A stretch of 64,000 bases of DNA, from positions 2,528,001 through 2,592,000 of the forward strand of contig CP084167.1 of assembly GCA_021513715.1 (NCBI GenBank). The letters run 5' to 3'. Shown here piece after piece: positions 47,718 to 56,692 of the stretch. The notes under the pieces were generated by a model. That model worked only from the letters and a program-made list of their open reading frames with translations. It searched no databases and was not told where the DNA came from. This DNA is from Candidatus Heimdallarchaeum endolithica. GTDB taxonomy: Archaea; Asgardarchaeota; Heimdallarchaeia; Heimdallarchaeales; Heimdallarchaeaceae. The position numbers and the translations under genes are program-made. Numbering within the stretch: the stretch's first letter is position 1; the number at the start of each line of letters is the position of its first letter.

Positions 47718-49364
47718 ATGAAAAATAGTCTTGTTAAGGAAACGTTTGTTATACGAATGATAACAATGAATAACCTAAGCTTAAATAGTAGTTATAAACA
47801 GAAAAACAGTAGTTTTCTAGATGTTTTTTTAATAGGTTTTTCAATATTATGTTTATCTCTCTATATCTTTTTCTTCAATAAAATGATTTTAATTTTTGAA
47901 GAATTTGCTGTTATTTTTAATATATTGTTCATTTTTTCGATTTTTCTCCTATGGTCGTTGACTTCTAGTTTATTTTATTTTTTAAATAAAACAGAACAAG
48001 AGTTTAAAATTTTTTTTTCTACTCTCTCCTTGCTTATTGTAATGGCTATATTATCTACTTACTTAATTTCAATAATGGAAAGGATTTTTATTCTTATTAC
48101 AAGCTTAAAAAAAGAATTAATGATTATTATTTATACTTCTTATATTGTTCCTGTAATAGAGGAAATTTCTAAAATTTTTCCTATTTTAATTCTTTTCAGA
48201 CATTATATCCGTTATAGGTATGAAGGAAAATTAAAAACATACCGTTTAATTGTTTCTTACAGACAATTTGTGTTCTATTCAGTTCTTTTTGGCTCATGTT
48301 TTGGGTTTTTTGAGCACTTTTTCTTATTTTCCTCACTTTTTGATTTTGAGAATATTGGTAATATTGTTTTCCTTCGTATTTTTTATCCTCTTCATCCTGT
48401 AACTTCTGGTTTGTTAGCGATTGGTGTTGGATATTTTTTATTTGTTGATTCAAATATTAAAAAAATGAAAACTTGGTTAGCAACCCTTCTACCTATTTTA
48501 TTGTCTCTAGTTTTTCATATTTTTTGGAATTACAACTCTTATTTTAATTTGCTTACTCTCTTGCAGTATATAGGTTGGGCAGCTACTGGATTGTATTTTG
48601 TTATCTGCGTTTTTTTAATTAAAAGGCCAAATATATGCACTGACTGTGGAATACAGCATCCAAAAGGGTCTTGCAAGAAAGATTCAGCTCTTAATATCTC
48701 TCTTAAAAAATTTATTAAGAAAGATTTAGTTGTTGAAAGTGATTATATCGTTAAAGAAGAATATATTGTCTGCCCTCTTTGTGGAGTTCAAGCTTTTGAT
48801 GGTGAAATTTGTTATGCTTGTAACAGTTGGGCAAAATTTCAATGTTCTAACTGTAATCAAGTTGTACCTCCTTTTGCGAGAACATGCTGGTCATGTGGAG
48901 CATCATTACCGACACTACAAGATAAAATCAGATCTACATTTCCCTCGTCTTATATGACCTTCTCTGTTGCAGTAACTCGAATTGTTTCATCTACAGTCTT
49001 GATTAGTTTGATTGTTGGGTTGCTTAATTTAAAAAATAAATTAAGTTATTTAGGTTTTACAATTTTACTCCTTTCGATTTTGATAGCTTTATCTACCTCT
49101 CTAATTTGGTATGGAATGAATAGTAAGAGAATAGATTCAATAATTGTGTCAATTGTGGTGACTTCATCTGTCTTCTTCACTATATTATCTATGAATTTAC
49201 TTCTGATTCTTTTGAGTATAGTTCAATTGTTTATTATACACAACCTTGTCTTCGGTTTATTTGGTTTAATAATTTCTTCCATTGTTATTTATGGAATATA
49301 TAAATATCTTAGAGCGACTTTTAGAGGTGACAGTTTAATTGTAGGGGGTGAAGTTCTTGGATGA
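47718..49364 (+). CDS. PrsW-family intramembrane metalloprotease with zinc-ribbon insert
   Basis: EEISK, FGFFEH, PLH, FHIFWN motifs, five CxxC, extra TM helices. Start uncertain. Confidence 0.75.
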   Translation: MKNSLVKETFVIRMITMNNLSLNSSYKQKNSSFLDVFLIGFSILCLSLYIFFFNKMILIFEEFAVIFNILFIFSIFLLWSLTSSLFYFLNKTEQEFKIFFSTLSLLIVMAILSTYLISIMERIFILITSLKKELMIIIYTSYIVPVIEEISKIFPILILFRHYIRYRYEGKLKTYRLIVSYRQFVFYSVLFGSCFGFFEHFFLFSSLFDFENIGNIVFLRIFYPLHPVTSGLLAIGVGYFLFVDSNIKKMKTWLATLLPILLSLVFHIFWNYNSYFNLLTLLQYIGWAATGLYFVICVFLIKRPNICTDCGIQHPKGSCKKDSALNISLKKFIKKDLVVESDYIVKEEYIVCPLCGVQAFDGEICYACNSWAKFQCSNCNQVVPPFARTCWSCGASLPTLQDKIRSTFPSSYMTFSVAVTRIVSSTVLISLIVGLLNLKNKLSYLGFTILLLSILIALSTSLIWYGMNSKRIDSIIVSIVVTSSVFFTILSMNLLLILLSIVQLFIIHNLVFGLFGLIISSIVIYGIYKYLRATFRGDSLIVGGEVLG

Positions 49365-50541
49365 AGAAAGGAAATACAAAGAGCGACAACTAAAGTTAGA
49401 CGCAAAGAAACACTTTTTAGAGCAATCTAAATTTACTGCAGCAGAGCTACAAGCAAGAGGATATCAGCTCTCACCAATTCTGTTTGAAGATTCAAGGAGT
49501 AGAAGAGTGTTTGATGAAGGAAGGGTTGAAAAATTCTCTTTTATTGAAAAAACAAAAAAACTACTATTGACCTTGTTTGGATTTATTGTCAATCTTATTT
49601 GGTTAGTCATTGATTATAATAATGTGAACAGCGAAAAATATTTCCTTCATAACAAAAATAGAAGTAAAAGAGAATATTATTCTGAACTAATATTACATAT
49701 TTCAACATTTTATTCAATAACGCTTATTGTTCTTGTTCTTATTAATTATTTCATTTTAGAATCAGCTGTTGTCTCTTCTCTTTATGATATTCGTTCATTA
49801 GTTTGGTATCCTGATAGGGCTTTAAGTTTAAGTTACATTTATGTTTTTTCAGCTAAAACGCCTTTTGATATAATTACAAATACTATTCTAACTGTTTTAA
49901 TTCCTTTTTTTGTTGCTGGTATTGCTGCAGGAATAGCGTGGAAAGATGATGCAAAAGATGTTGTTGGACCATCTTCGTTTCTATCGTTTTTACTATTTTT
50001 AGCTTTCTTCTTTAATGAAATCTTCATCACATCATCCTTTAAAATTAGTGATATTCTTGCAGGTTGGTTTTTGTCATTATTATATGAATCTATGATGCTT
50101 ATAGTGCTGTTTCAAGCACTTATACTTAGTTTACTCGGTGGTGCGTTAGGTGTTATGCTAGGTATTTCTTTTTCAAACATTGCTTCACAAAAAAATGATG
50201 AGCACTCTTTTTTCTCTCCTTCTATTCTTCCTGTAATACCTATTACTGTCAAAACTTTGTTTGATATGGTAGATGTTTCTTCACTCACCACTTCTTCATT
50301 TAATCCTAGGATAATGTTAGTTTACTTAAATAGAACTATAGAGTTAAATTCAAAAAGAATAAAAGTAGAGCATTGCCCCTATTTTGTTGAAGGACGTTGC
50401 GCATATTTAGGGTATAAAACAACAGCAACAAAAAAACAAATTTGCACAACAGAATCATACAATTCATGTAGGGTTCTTGCATTTATTTTACAGAGTAAAC
50501 TATTAATTAAAGAAATAAAAGAGGAAGAAAAAAATGGTTAA
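49348..50541 (+). CDS. Polytopic membrane protein with C-terminal Cys cluster
   Basis: About 5 TM helices; CPYF...C......C......C. Confidence 0.65.
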   Translation: MKFLDEERKYKERQLKLDAKKHFLEQSKFTAAELQARGYQLSPILFEDSRSRRVFDEGRVEKFSFIEKTKKLLLTLFGFIVNLIWLVIDYNNVNSEKYFLHNKNRSKREYYSELILHISTFYSITLIVLVLINYFILESAVVSSLYDIRSLVWYPDRALSLSYIYVFSAKTPFDIITNTILTVLIPFFVAGIAAGIAWKDDAKDVVGPSSFLSFLLFLAFFFNEIFITSSFKISDILAGWFLSLLYESMMLIVLFQALILSLLGGALGVMLGISFSNIASQKNDEHSFFSPSILPVIPITVKTLFDMVDVSSLTTSSFNPRIMLVYLNRTIELNSKRIKVEHCPYFVEGRCAYLGYKTTATKKQICTTESYNSCRVLAFILQSKLLIKEIKEEEKNG

Positions 50542-51295
50542 TATTAAAAATTACATGAATCTAAAAGGGTTTGTTATTTTACTAGCAGTTATCTTGTTTA
50601 TTCTGCTAAATAGTACTCAAGAATCATATATCCCTCTTGATCAAATTGATTATACAACTTTAGAAACTATTCAAACAGGTTCAGAAACCAGTTGGACTTC
50701 CTCTCTTCCTGTTTCTACAACTACAACAACATTTCCTGAAATTACTGGTTCTATCCCTCAACCTTCTTCTTCTCCTTCTAGTTTCTCTCCTGCAACATTA
50801 ATTGCTATTGTAACTAGCATTTTTTTCATAGGTGTTATTGTTTTATTAATTATGAAACGAAAAAATTTTGTTACCTATGGTTCTTTTACTAGACCAAAAA
50901 GGGAACATATGAAAACTATAACTGAAAAAAGAGAAATTTTCAGAACTCAGATTGTTACACTTAAAGATATCTTGTTAGAATACCTTGATGATAAGAAATA
51001 TACAGAGGGGGTAATTTATGGTTTCCTCACCCTTGATAAAAATATGAAAAAATTATTAGGTCTAAAAAGAAAGCGCTCTTTAACTCCTAAGGAGTTTGCT
51101 GAATCCTTGGAACTTCCTGAAATCATTCAAAATTTAAAAAATATTGTTAATTTATTTTATAGAGCGAGATATAAACTTGAAAAGTTAAAAAAGGATGATC
51201 TGTTGGATTTTATTAATAACTTGGATATAATAAAAGAAAAAAGTAAAACTGCTAAAAAAATTGAAATTCGCCAAGTAATTGTTAAGGAGGAATGA
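50534..51295 (+). CDS. DUF4129-like membrane protein
   Basis: Signal/TM, S/T linker, TM, then R..SLTPKEF...LFYRARY. Confidence 0.7.
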   Translation: MVNIKNYMNLKGFVILLAVILFILLNSTQESYIPLDQIDYTTLETIQTGSETSWTSSLPVSTTTTTFPEITGSIPQPSSSPSSFSPATLIAIVTSIFFIGVIVLLIMKRKNFVTYGSFTRPKREHMKTITEKREIFRTQIVTLKDILLEYLDDKKYTEGVIYGFLTLDKNMKKLLGLKRKRSLTPKEFAESLELPEIIQNLKNIVNLFYRARYKLEKLKKDDLLDFINNLDIIKEKSKTAKKIEIRQVIVKEE

Positions 51296-51299
51296 TTAA

Positions 51300-52598
51300 A
51301 TGGAAAAAACTAATCTTTTTAGTATTCGTTATGAAGCAATTTTTAAAACAGTTATACAAACGTTAATTTTGTTCTTAATCTTGTTTTTTCCTTTTGTATT
51401 TAACTTTGTTACTACATCTCCTCCCTATACTATAAATAACTATGGTCCTGGTGGTTATTCTATTTTTAGAGAAAAACTAGTAGAAGAGGACTTTAATGTT
51501 TCCCGTATCTTGATAAGCACAGAAAATCTGTTAGATCTTCCTAAATCGTCAATTTTAATAATTGCTGGAGGAACAAAGTCTTATAGAAATATCGAGATCC
51601 AAAGAATTACCGCCTTTTTATATCGTGGAGGAACAGTCTTTTTGCTTATTGACTCTATTACTTCACAAAACTTAGCACTCAAACTGAATATTAGTTCTTC
51701 AATGAGTAATATCATGGAAACAGTTAATTATTACAAGAGCCCAGAAATTGTCTTGACAGAAGCTCCATTTAAGGAAGTTCTCAAATATTCTCCGATCGAT
51801 AAGTTAGCTTTTCTTCAACCTAAAGTTGTTTATGGTTCTACAAACACTTACCTTAAAATAAAAACAAATAATACAGCTTTTCTTGATTCAAATTTTGATA
51901 AAAAATGGTCTATGTATAAAGAGGATTTAAGAGAATACACTATAGCTAGGGTTGAAGGTCGAGGGTCAGGGGTTTTAATAGTTGTTGGTTCTCCAAGTTT
52001 CTTGACAAATGACTTATATGTTGCTGGTTTTGCTAATATTAATACTACAATTTATCTCTTAAAACTCTATTCTAGTTACTTGTTTGGTGAAGGAGCGAGA
52101 TATGTTTACTTTGATGAAAGTCATAAACGTTGGTCAATTTGGTCTAGAGATGGTCTAATTAACCAAACTTACGGGACTATTACTCTTCTTACACAATCTG
52201 AAGCTTTTATTCTTATGATTATTCTCTTGATTATAGGACTTTACTATATATTACCTAATATTCGCAAATTTAAAAGAAAATCGAAAAAAGGCTATAAAGA
52301 CTTCCTAAAAAAGCATATCTATAGCAAAGAAAGAGAACTTTATGATACTTTGGGACAAGCAGTAAAACCAACTGAAGAAGAAAAAATATTAACTTCTTTA
52401 TATTTTCAATATGAAAACTTTCCAAATAGAGTGTACAACATCTATTTGCAAAGAAAGTTGAATAATGTCAGTGAAAAGAACTTTACTGACGAAGAAAAAA
52501 CATTGTTTAATGAAATTATAAAAAGAAAAATTGATTTCAAAGTATTTATTTATTTGTTTAATAAATTAGAAGAAATCCAAAAGAGGAATTTAGTATGA
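51300..52598 (+). CDS. DUF4350-like membrane protein
   Basis: N.GPGGYS.F...L, GG.V.L, G.G.LIVVG.P..LTN, VYFDESH. Confidence 0.7.
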   Translation: MEKTNLFSIRYEAIFKTVIQTLILFLILFFPFVFNFVTTSPPYTINNYGPGGYSIFREKLVEEDFNVSRILISTENLLDLPKSSILIIAGGTKSYRNIEIQRITAFLYRGGTVFLLIDSITSQNLALKLNISSSMSNIMETVNYYKSPEIVLTEAPFKEVLKYSPIDKLAFLQPKVVYGSTNTYLKIKTNNTAFLDSNFDKKWSMYKEDLREYTIARVEGRGSGVLIVVGSPSFLTNDLYVAGFANINTTIYLLKLYSSYLFGEGARYVYFDESHKRWSIWSRDGLINQTYGTITLLTQSEAFILMIILLIIGLYYILPNIRKFKRKSKKGYKDFLKKHIYSKERELYDTLGQAVKPTEEEKILTSLYFQYENFPNRVYNIYLQRKLNNVSEKNFTDEEKTLFNEIIKRKIDFKVFIYLFNKLEEIQKRNLV

Positions 52599-53536
52599 AT
52601 GTAGAAGAAACAAAAGAAATTTTCCAAAAAGTCTTGGAACAGATGAAAAAAAGAATTGTTGGGAACGATAAAGTGATAGAATTAATTTTTGCAACAATGT
52701 TAGCAGATGGGCATGTGCTTTTGGAAGGAGTACCAGGTATCGCTAAGACATTAATGGCATCCACTTTAGCAGAAATACTTGATCTAAATTTTAAACGGAT
52801 TCAATTCACTCCTGATTTACTTCCAGCTGATATTACTGGAGGAAATATTTACAACAGAAAAACAAATGAGTTTGATTTTGTTAAAGGGCCTGTTTTCACT
52901 AATATCCTTTTAGCTGATGAAATAAATAGGAGTCCTCCTAAGACTCAATCTGCTCTTCTAGAGGCCATGCAAGAACATCAGGTGTCTAGTGGAACTAAAA
53001 CATATGACTTACCAGACCCATTTTTTGTTATTGCAACTCAAAATCCAATAGAAAGTACGGGAGTTTATCCTCTTCCTGAAGCGCAAATTGATAGATTTTT
53101 AGTAAAAATTTTAGTTAAACCTCCAAACGTGACTGGAGAAGTTGAAATGTTGAAAATGAAAAAAGAAAAAATGTTTGCTGATGTTGATATGGTTATAAGG
53201 AAAGAAACAATTTTGACTATGAAAAAAGAAATTGAGACAAATGTTAAGATTTCTGATCAAGTGTTGGAATATATCGCTAAGCTTGTAACAGCAACAAGAG
53301 AAATCCCCTCTTTATCACTAGGTGCAAGTCCCCGCGGTTCTATTGCTTTATTGACACTCAGTCGGTCTATTGCTGCAATAAATGGACGAGATTATGTGGA
53401 GCCTGATGATATTAAATCTATCTTCCATGCTGTGATTAATCATCGTTTAATATTATCACCTGAAGCAGAAATTGAACAAATAAGAGTGGAAGAAATAATT
53501 AAGAATCTCCTTTCTGAAGTTGAAGTAGTTATATAA
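52595..53536 (+). CDS. moxR: MoxR-family AAA+ ATPase
   Basis: GHVLLEGVPG.AKT, RIQFTPDLLPADITG, ADEINR.PPKTQSALLEAMQE, LPEAQ.DRF, GASPRG. Confidence 0.95.
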   Translation: MNVEETKEIFQKVLEQMKKRIVGNDKVIELIFATMLADGHVLLEGVPGIAKTLMASTLAEILDLNFKRIQFTPDLLPADITGGNIYNRKTNEFDFVKGPVFTNILLADEINRSPPKTQSALLEAMQEHQVSSGTKTYDLPDPFFVIATQNPIESTGVYPLPEAQIDRFLVKILVKPPNVTGEVEMLKMKKEKMFADVDMVIRKETILTMKKEIETNVKISDQVLEYIAKLVTATREIPSLSLGASPRGSIALLTLSRSIAAINGRDYVEPDDIKSIFHAVINHRLILSPEAEIEQIRVEEIIKNLLSEVEVVI

Positions 53537-53555
53537 TTCAAACAGTGGTGAAAAC

Positions 53556-54935
53556 TTGTCTCTAGAAACAAGAACGGAATTAACTAGATCAGGACGATTT
53601 CTCATACTTGTAGGCTCTATTATGCTTGTTTTAGGAATTGCTATCGAAAATTATTTGTTTATTATTCCTGGATTGTTTCTTCTATTGGTTATTACTTCAA
53701 TTCTTGTTAATTTCTTCCTTTTTCAAAGTTTTCCTGAAGCTTCTATACTCGTTTCAAAAGATCATGTTCGAAGTAGGGGATTGGTTGCTGTAGTAGGTAG
53801 TATTCAAAATAAAAACAAAAAAAAGTTAACTTGTCGTATAACTTTAAACTACTCTTATCACTTTCTCATGGTTGAAAAGCCTGAATCTTATCTTATTCAA
53901 GTTGAACCAAATTCTGAAACTAAGCTAGATTGGTATTTACTAGCTGTTAGAAGAGGTAATGGGATTATTGGACCAATTTCAATTTCTTTTGGATTCTTTC
54001 AACAATTATTTATTAATCAAGTAATCTATTCAGAAAAAATACAAATAAAAATACTTCCTCAAAGACCAAAAGTTCAAATTCCATGGAAAACAAAAAAGGA
54101 TCTCTTGATGCAACTAGTAAACCAATTTGCTCAAAGAGTAAAAGGTCAAGGAACAGAATTTTTCGCTTTAAGAGATTATTTACCTGGAGATGAGATGAAG
54201 CACATAGATTGGAGAGCTACAGCTAGACACGATAAGCTTATAACAAGAGAATTTGAAGACGAGAAACAACTTCACTTTCTCATTTTTCTTGATCTAGGCA
54301 GTACCATGTTTGGACCAAAGTTTGACTATGCCTTATCAAGCGTCGTTTCTCTTTGTAGTTTAATAAAAGGAACTAATCATGATCTGACTGTGGTAGCTTA
54401 CTCGCATGTGGTAGAAAAATTTATTGTACCTCAAATTGGAATCCATGAACTTAAACTCATGCTTAATTTATATGATTTAGACGCCACAGGCGTTCAAAGT
54501 GATTTTGTAGAAGCTGCAAAATTTGCAAGAACACAAAATTTTCATCATAGTATTGCTATTATCTTTTCAGATTTAGATGGCGACATTAATCAAAAACTTC
54601 GTGGGCTAGATATTCTTAAGTTAATGGGATCTAAGATAATATTTGTTAATTTTTCTACACCAAATTTTAATATCCTTGCTTCAAAGGAATGGTTAATTGA
54701 AAAATCTCCCACCATATCTTATTCTACTATTCTGGATAAAGTCTTTTCAAGTTTAACAATGGATGAATATAAAATTAGAGAATTAAAAGTAAGAAGAATA
54801 TTAAATGCTTTTGATGGAGATTTTGTTTCAATATATGGTTATGATGACGATGTTGTTTTAGCACTTTATCGTTTAATGAAAAAATATAATCCAAAGCGAA
54901 AATTAGATGTTTTTTATAACAGAGGGGAAACTTAA
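53556..54935 (+). CDS. DUF58 / vWA-like MoxR partner
   Basis: G.G.EF..LRDY.PGD..K.IDWRATAR...L..REFE; DLGSTM; FSD. Confidence 0.9.
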   Translation: MSLETRTELTRSGRFLILVGSIMLVLGIAIENYLFIIPGLFLLLVITSILVNFFLFQSFPEASILVSKDHVRSRGLVAVVGSIQNKNKKKLTCRITLNYSYHFLMVEKPESYLIQVEPNSETKLDWYLLAVRRGNGIIGPISISFGFFQQLFINQVIYSEKIQIKILPQRPKVQIPWKTKKDLLMQLVNQFAQRVKGQGTEFFALRDYLPGDEMKHIDWRATARHDKLITREFEDEKQLHFLIFLDLGSTMFGPKFDYALSSVVSLCSLIKGTNHDLTVVAYSHVVEKFIVPQIGIHELKLMLNLYDLDATGVQSDFVEAAKFARTQNFHHSIAIIFSDLDGDINQKLRGLDILKLMGSKIIFVNFSTPNFNILASKEWLIEKSPTISYSTILDKVFSSLTMDEYKIRELKVRRILNAFDGDFVSIYGYDDDVVLALYRLMKKYNPKRKLDVFYNRGET

Positions 54936-55702
54936 TGGTAAGAATACGTGATGCAGATTTTAACGCAAATTGGAATTTGGAATTAAAAAAAACAAGAGGT
55001 TTTCAAATTATACAAATTCTTCATCTTTTGTTTGGCTTTATAGCTTTGTTACTTGTCCTTATTCAATCTATTTTGAGTGAAAATGTTATTATCTTTACAG
55101 TTTGGTTGTCATTTGCAATAATACTCCTGTTAATTGATATTTCTCACGGGAGTAATATTAAGATTCAAGATGAAATGACTTTTTTTGGTTTAGTGCTTTT
55201 GGGAACACTATTTTCTATGTATTTTGCAAATATAGAGTCAATGTTTTTTATTGATAACCTTAACCAGTTAAATATAATATCATATCAGATTATGGTTGGA
55301 GTATCTATCTCTCTGCGTCTCTTCCTTGCTATATACTTTGAATCCTTATATTCTAAAGAGTTTAAGGTTTTACATCCAAAAACTATCTATTCTTCTGAAC
55401 AATTGGAGATGTATAAAAGTAATTTGCTAAAAACCAATTTCTCAGTAAAGCAAGTTAGACAGCTAGATCTTAAAGAGCAATTTTACTATCTTGTATCTAA
55501 AATATTTGTTCCAATAATCATTATTGGGTTTTTTGTACTGTTATCTTATGCTTATGCTTATTTTATTTACTTGCTTTTGCCCAATGACGTGCTTAAAGAA
55601 TTTATAGTTAAGCCTGCTTTTATTGTTTTTTCATTATTGTTCAGTTTTATATTGGTAAGAGTAGCTAATTCTTTACCAGAGCTTATCAAAAAAAGTTCGT
55701 GA
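54935..55702 (+). CDS. Six-TM hypothetical membrane protein
   Basis: Hydrophobic segments; start overlaps the DUF58 stop codon (TAATG). Confidence 0.65.
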   Translation: MVRIRDADFNANWNLELKKTRGFQIIQILHLLFGFIALLLVLIQSILSENVIIFTVWLSFAIILLLIDISHGSNIKIQDEMTFFGLVLLGTLFSMYFANIESMFFIDNLNQLNIISYQIMVGVSISLRLFLAIYFESLYSKEFKVLHPKTIYSSEQLEMYKSNLLKTNFSVKQVRQLDLKEQFYYLVSKIFVPIIIIGFFVLLSYAYAYFIYLLLPNDVLKEFIVKPAFIVFSLLFSFILVRVANSLPELIKKSS

Positions 55703-55789
55703 GAAAGATATAGACTTAAAATATTTATTAAATTTAAATAAACCCTTTTTGCAACAAATTTTACTGGCTATAAAAAGTAAAAGAGTGTT

Positions 55790-56500
55790 TTACTTTAAAT
55801 CTTGTTCCCAATATTTTTTCAATTGTTCTAGTGTTGGAGCTCTTCCGCATGTTTTCTCATTTTCAGGACAGTATCCATAAAAATCACAGAAAGCACCAGC
55901 TTTCTTAAACAACACTGGAGCTACTTTTTTTACTTCATTCAGCATTTTATTAGCAAGTTCTCTTATTTCCCATTGAGCTCTTGTACAACATCGCGATGCA
56001 AAAAAATCTATTAATGCATGAGCATTCATAGAAACAACTAATTGAGTGCTTGTTGAATTTGGAAGAATATATCTTGCATCTTCTTTTGGTATCCCTTTTT
56101 CTACTAATTTGTTATAAAAGACAAATAACTCATTAATTTTATTTTCGTACTCTTCTTTCATTCCTGATTCAGTAATTGTTTTAGGCGTAATAAAACTAAA
56201 AGAAGAAGCATTAACATACCTCTGTGATTGTTGTGAGTAACTTGCTATTCTTTTTCTTACTAATTGATGAGATAACACTCTACTCACACCTGATACGTGA
56301 AATACAAAAATATTATGCTCAATAATTGAAAGATGGCCTGATTCAATAATTTTACATAAATATTCTTCTTTTTTTAGTTTAGCTTTTTGTTTGACTCTTT
56401 CTAACTCTGCTTCTTCACTATAACAAATTACTGCTGCTATATTCGCAATTAATTCAGCTTCTTCAGGATAACTAATAAGGCTAACTTCGATAATGTTCAC
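55790..56500 (-). CDS. thyX: FAD-dependent thymidylate synthase
   Basis: GH.SIIEH, SRV.SHQLVR(K)R..SYSQQSQRY, EDARY.LP, RCC.RAQWEIR. Confidence 0.92.
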   Translation of the reverse strand: MNIIEVSLISYPEEAELIANIAAVICYSEEAELERVKQKAKLKKEEYLCKIIESGHLSIIEHNIFVFHVSGVSRVLSHQLVRKRIASYSQQSQRYVNASSFSFITPKTITESGMKEEYENKINELFVFYNKLVEKGIPKEDARYILPNSTSTQLVVSMNAHALIDFFASRCCTRAQWEIRELANKMLNEVKKVAPVLFKKAGAFCDFYGYCPENEKTCGRAPTLEQLKKYWEQDLK

Positions 56501-56692
56501 TTCCTTCGATTATTTATCTCTTATAATCCATTATTATGACCTATTTCAAATTTGTTTCTATTGATTTTTACAAACTATTAACACTCCCTTTATTAAGCAA
56601 AATGAAATCAGAAACCTTTTTGAACTAAAAAGTATAATATTAAAAATAGGGTGTTATATTACATTATTCTAAGATAAGATAGAGGATTCTTT

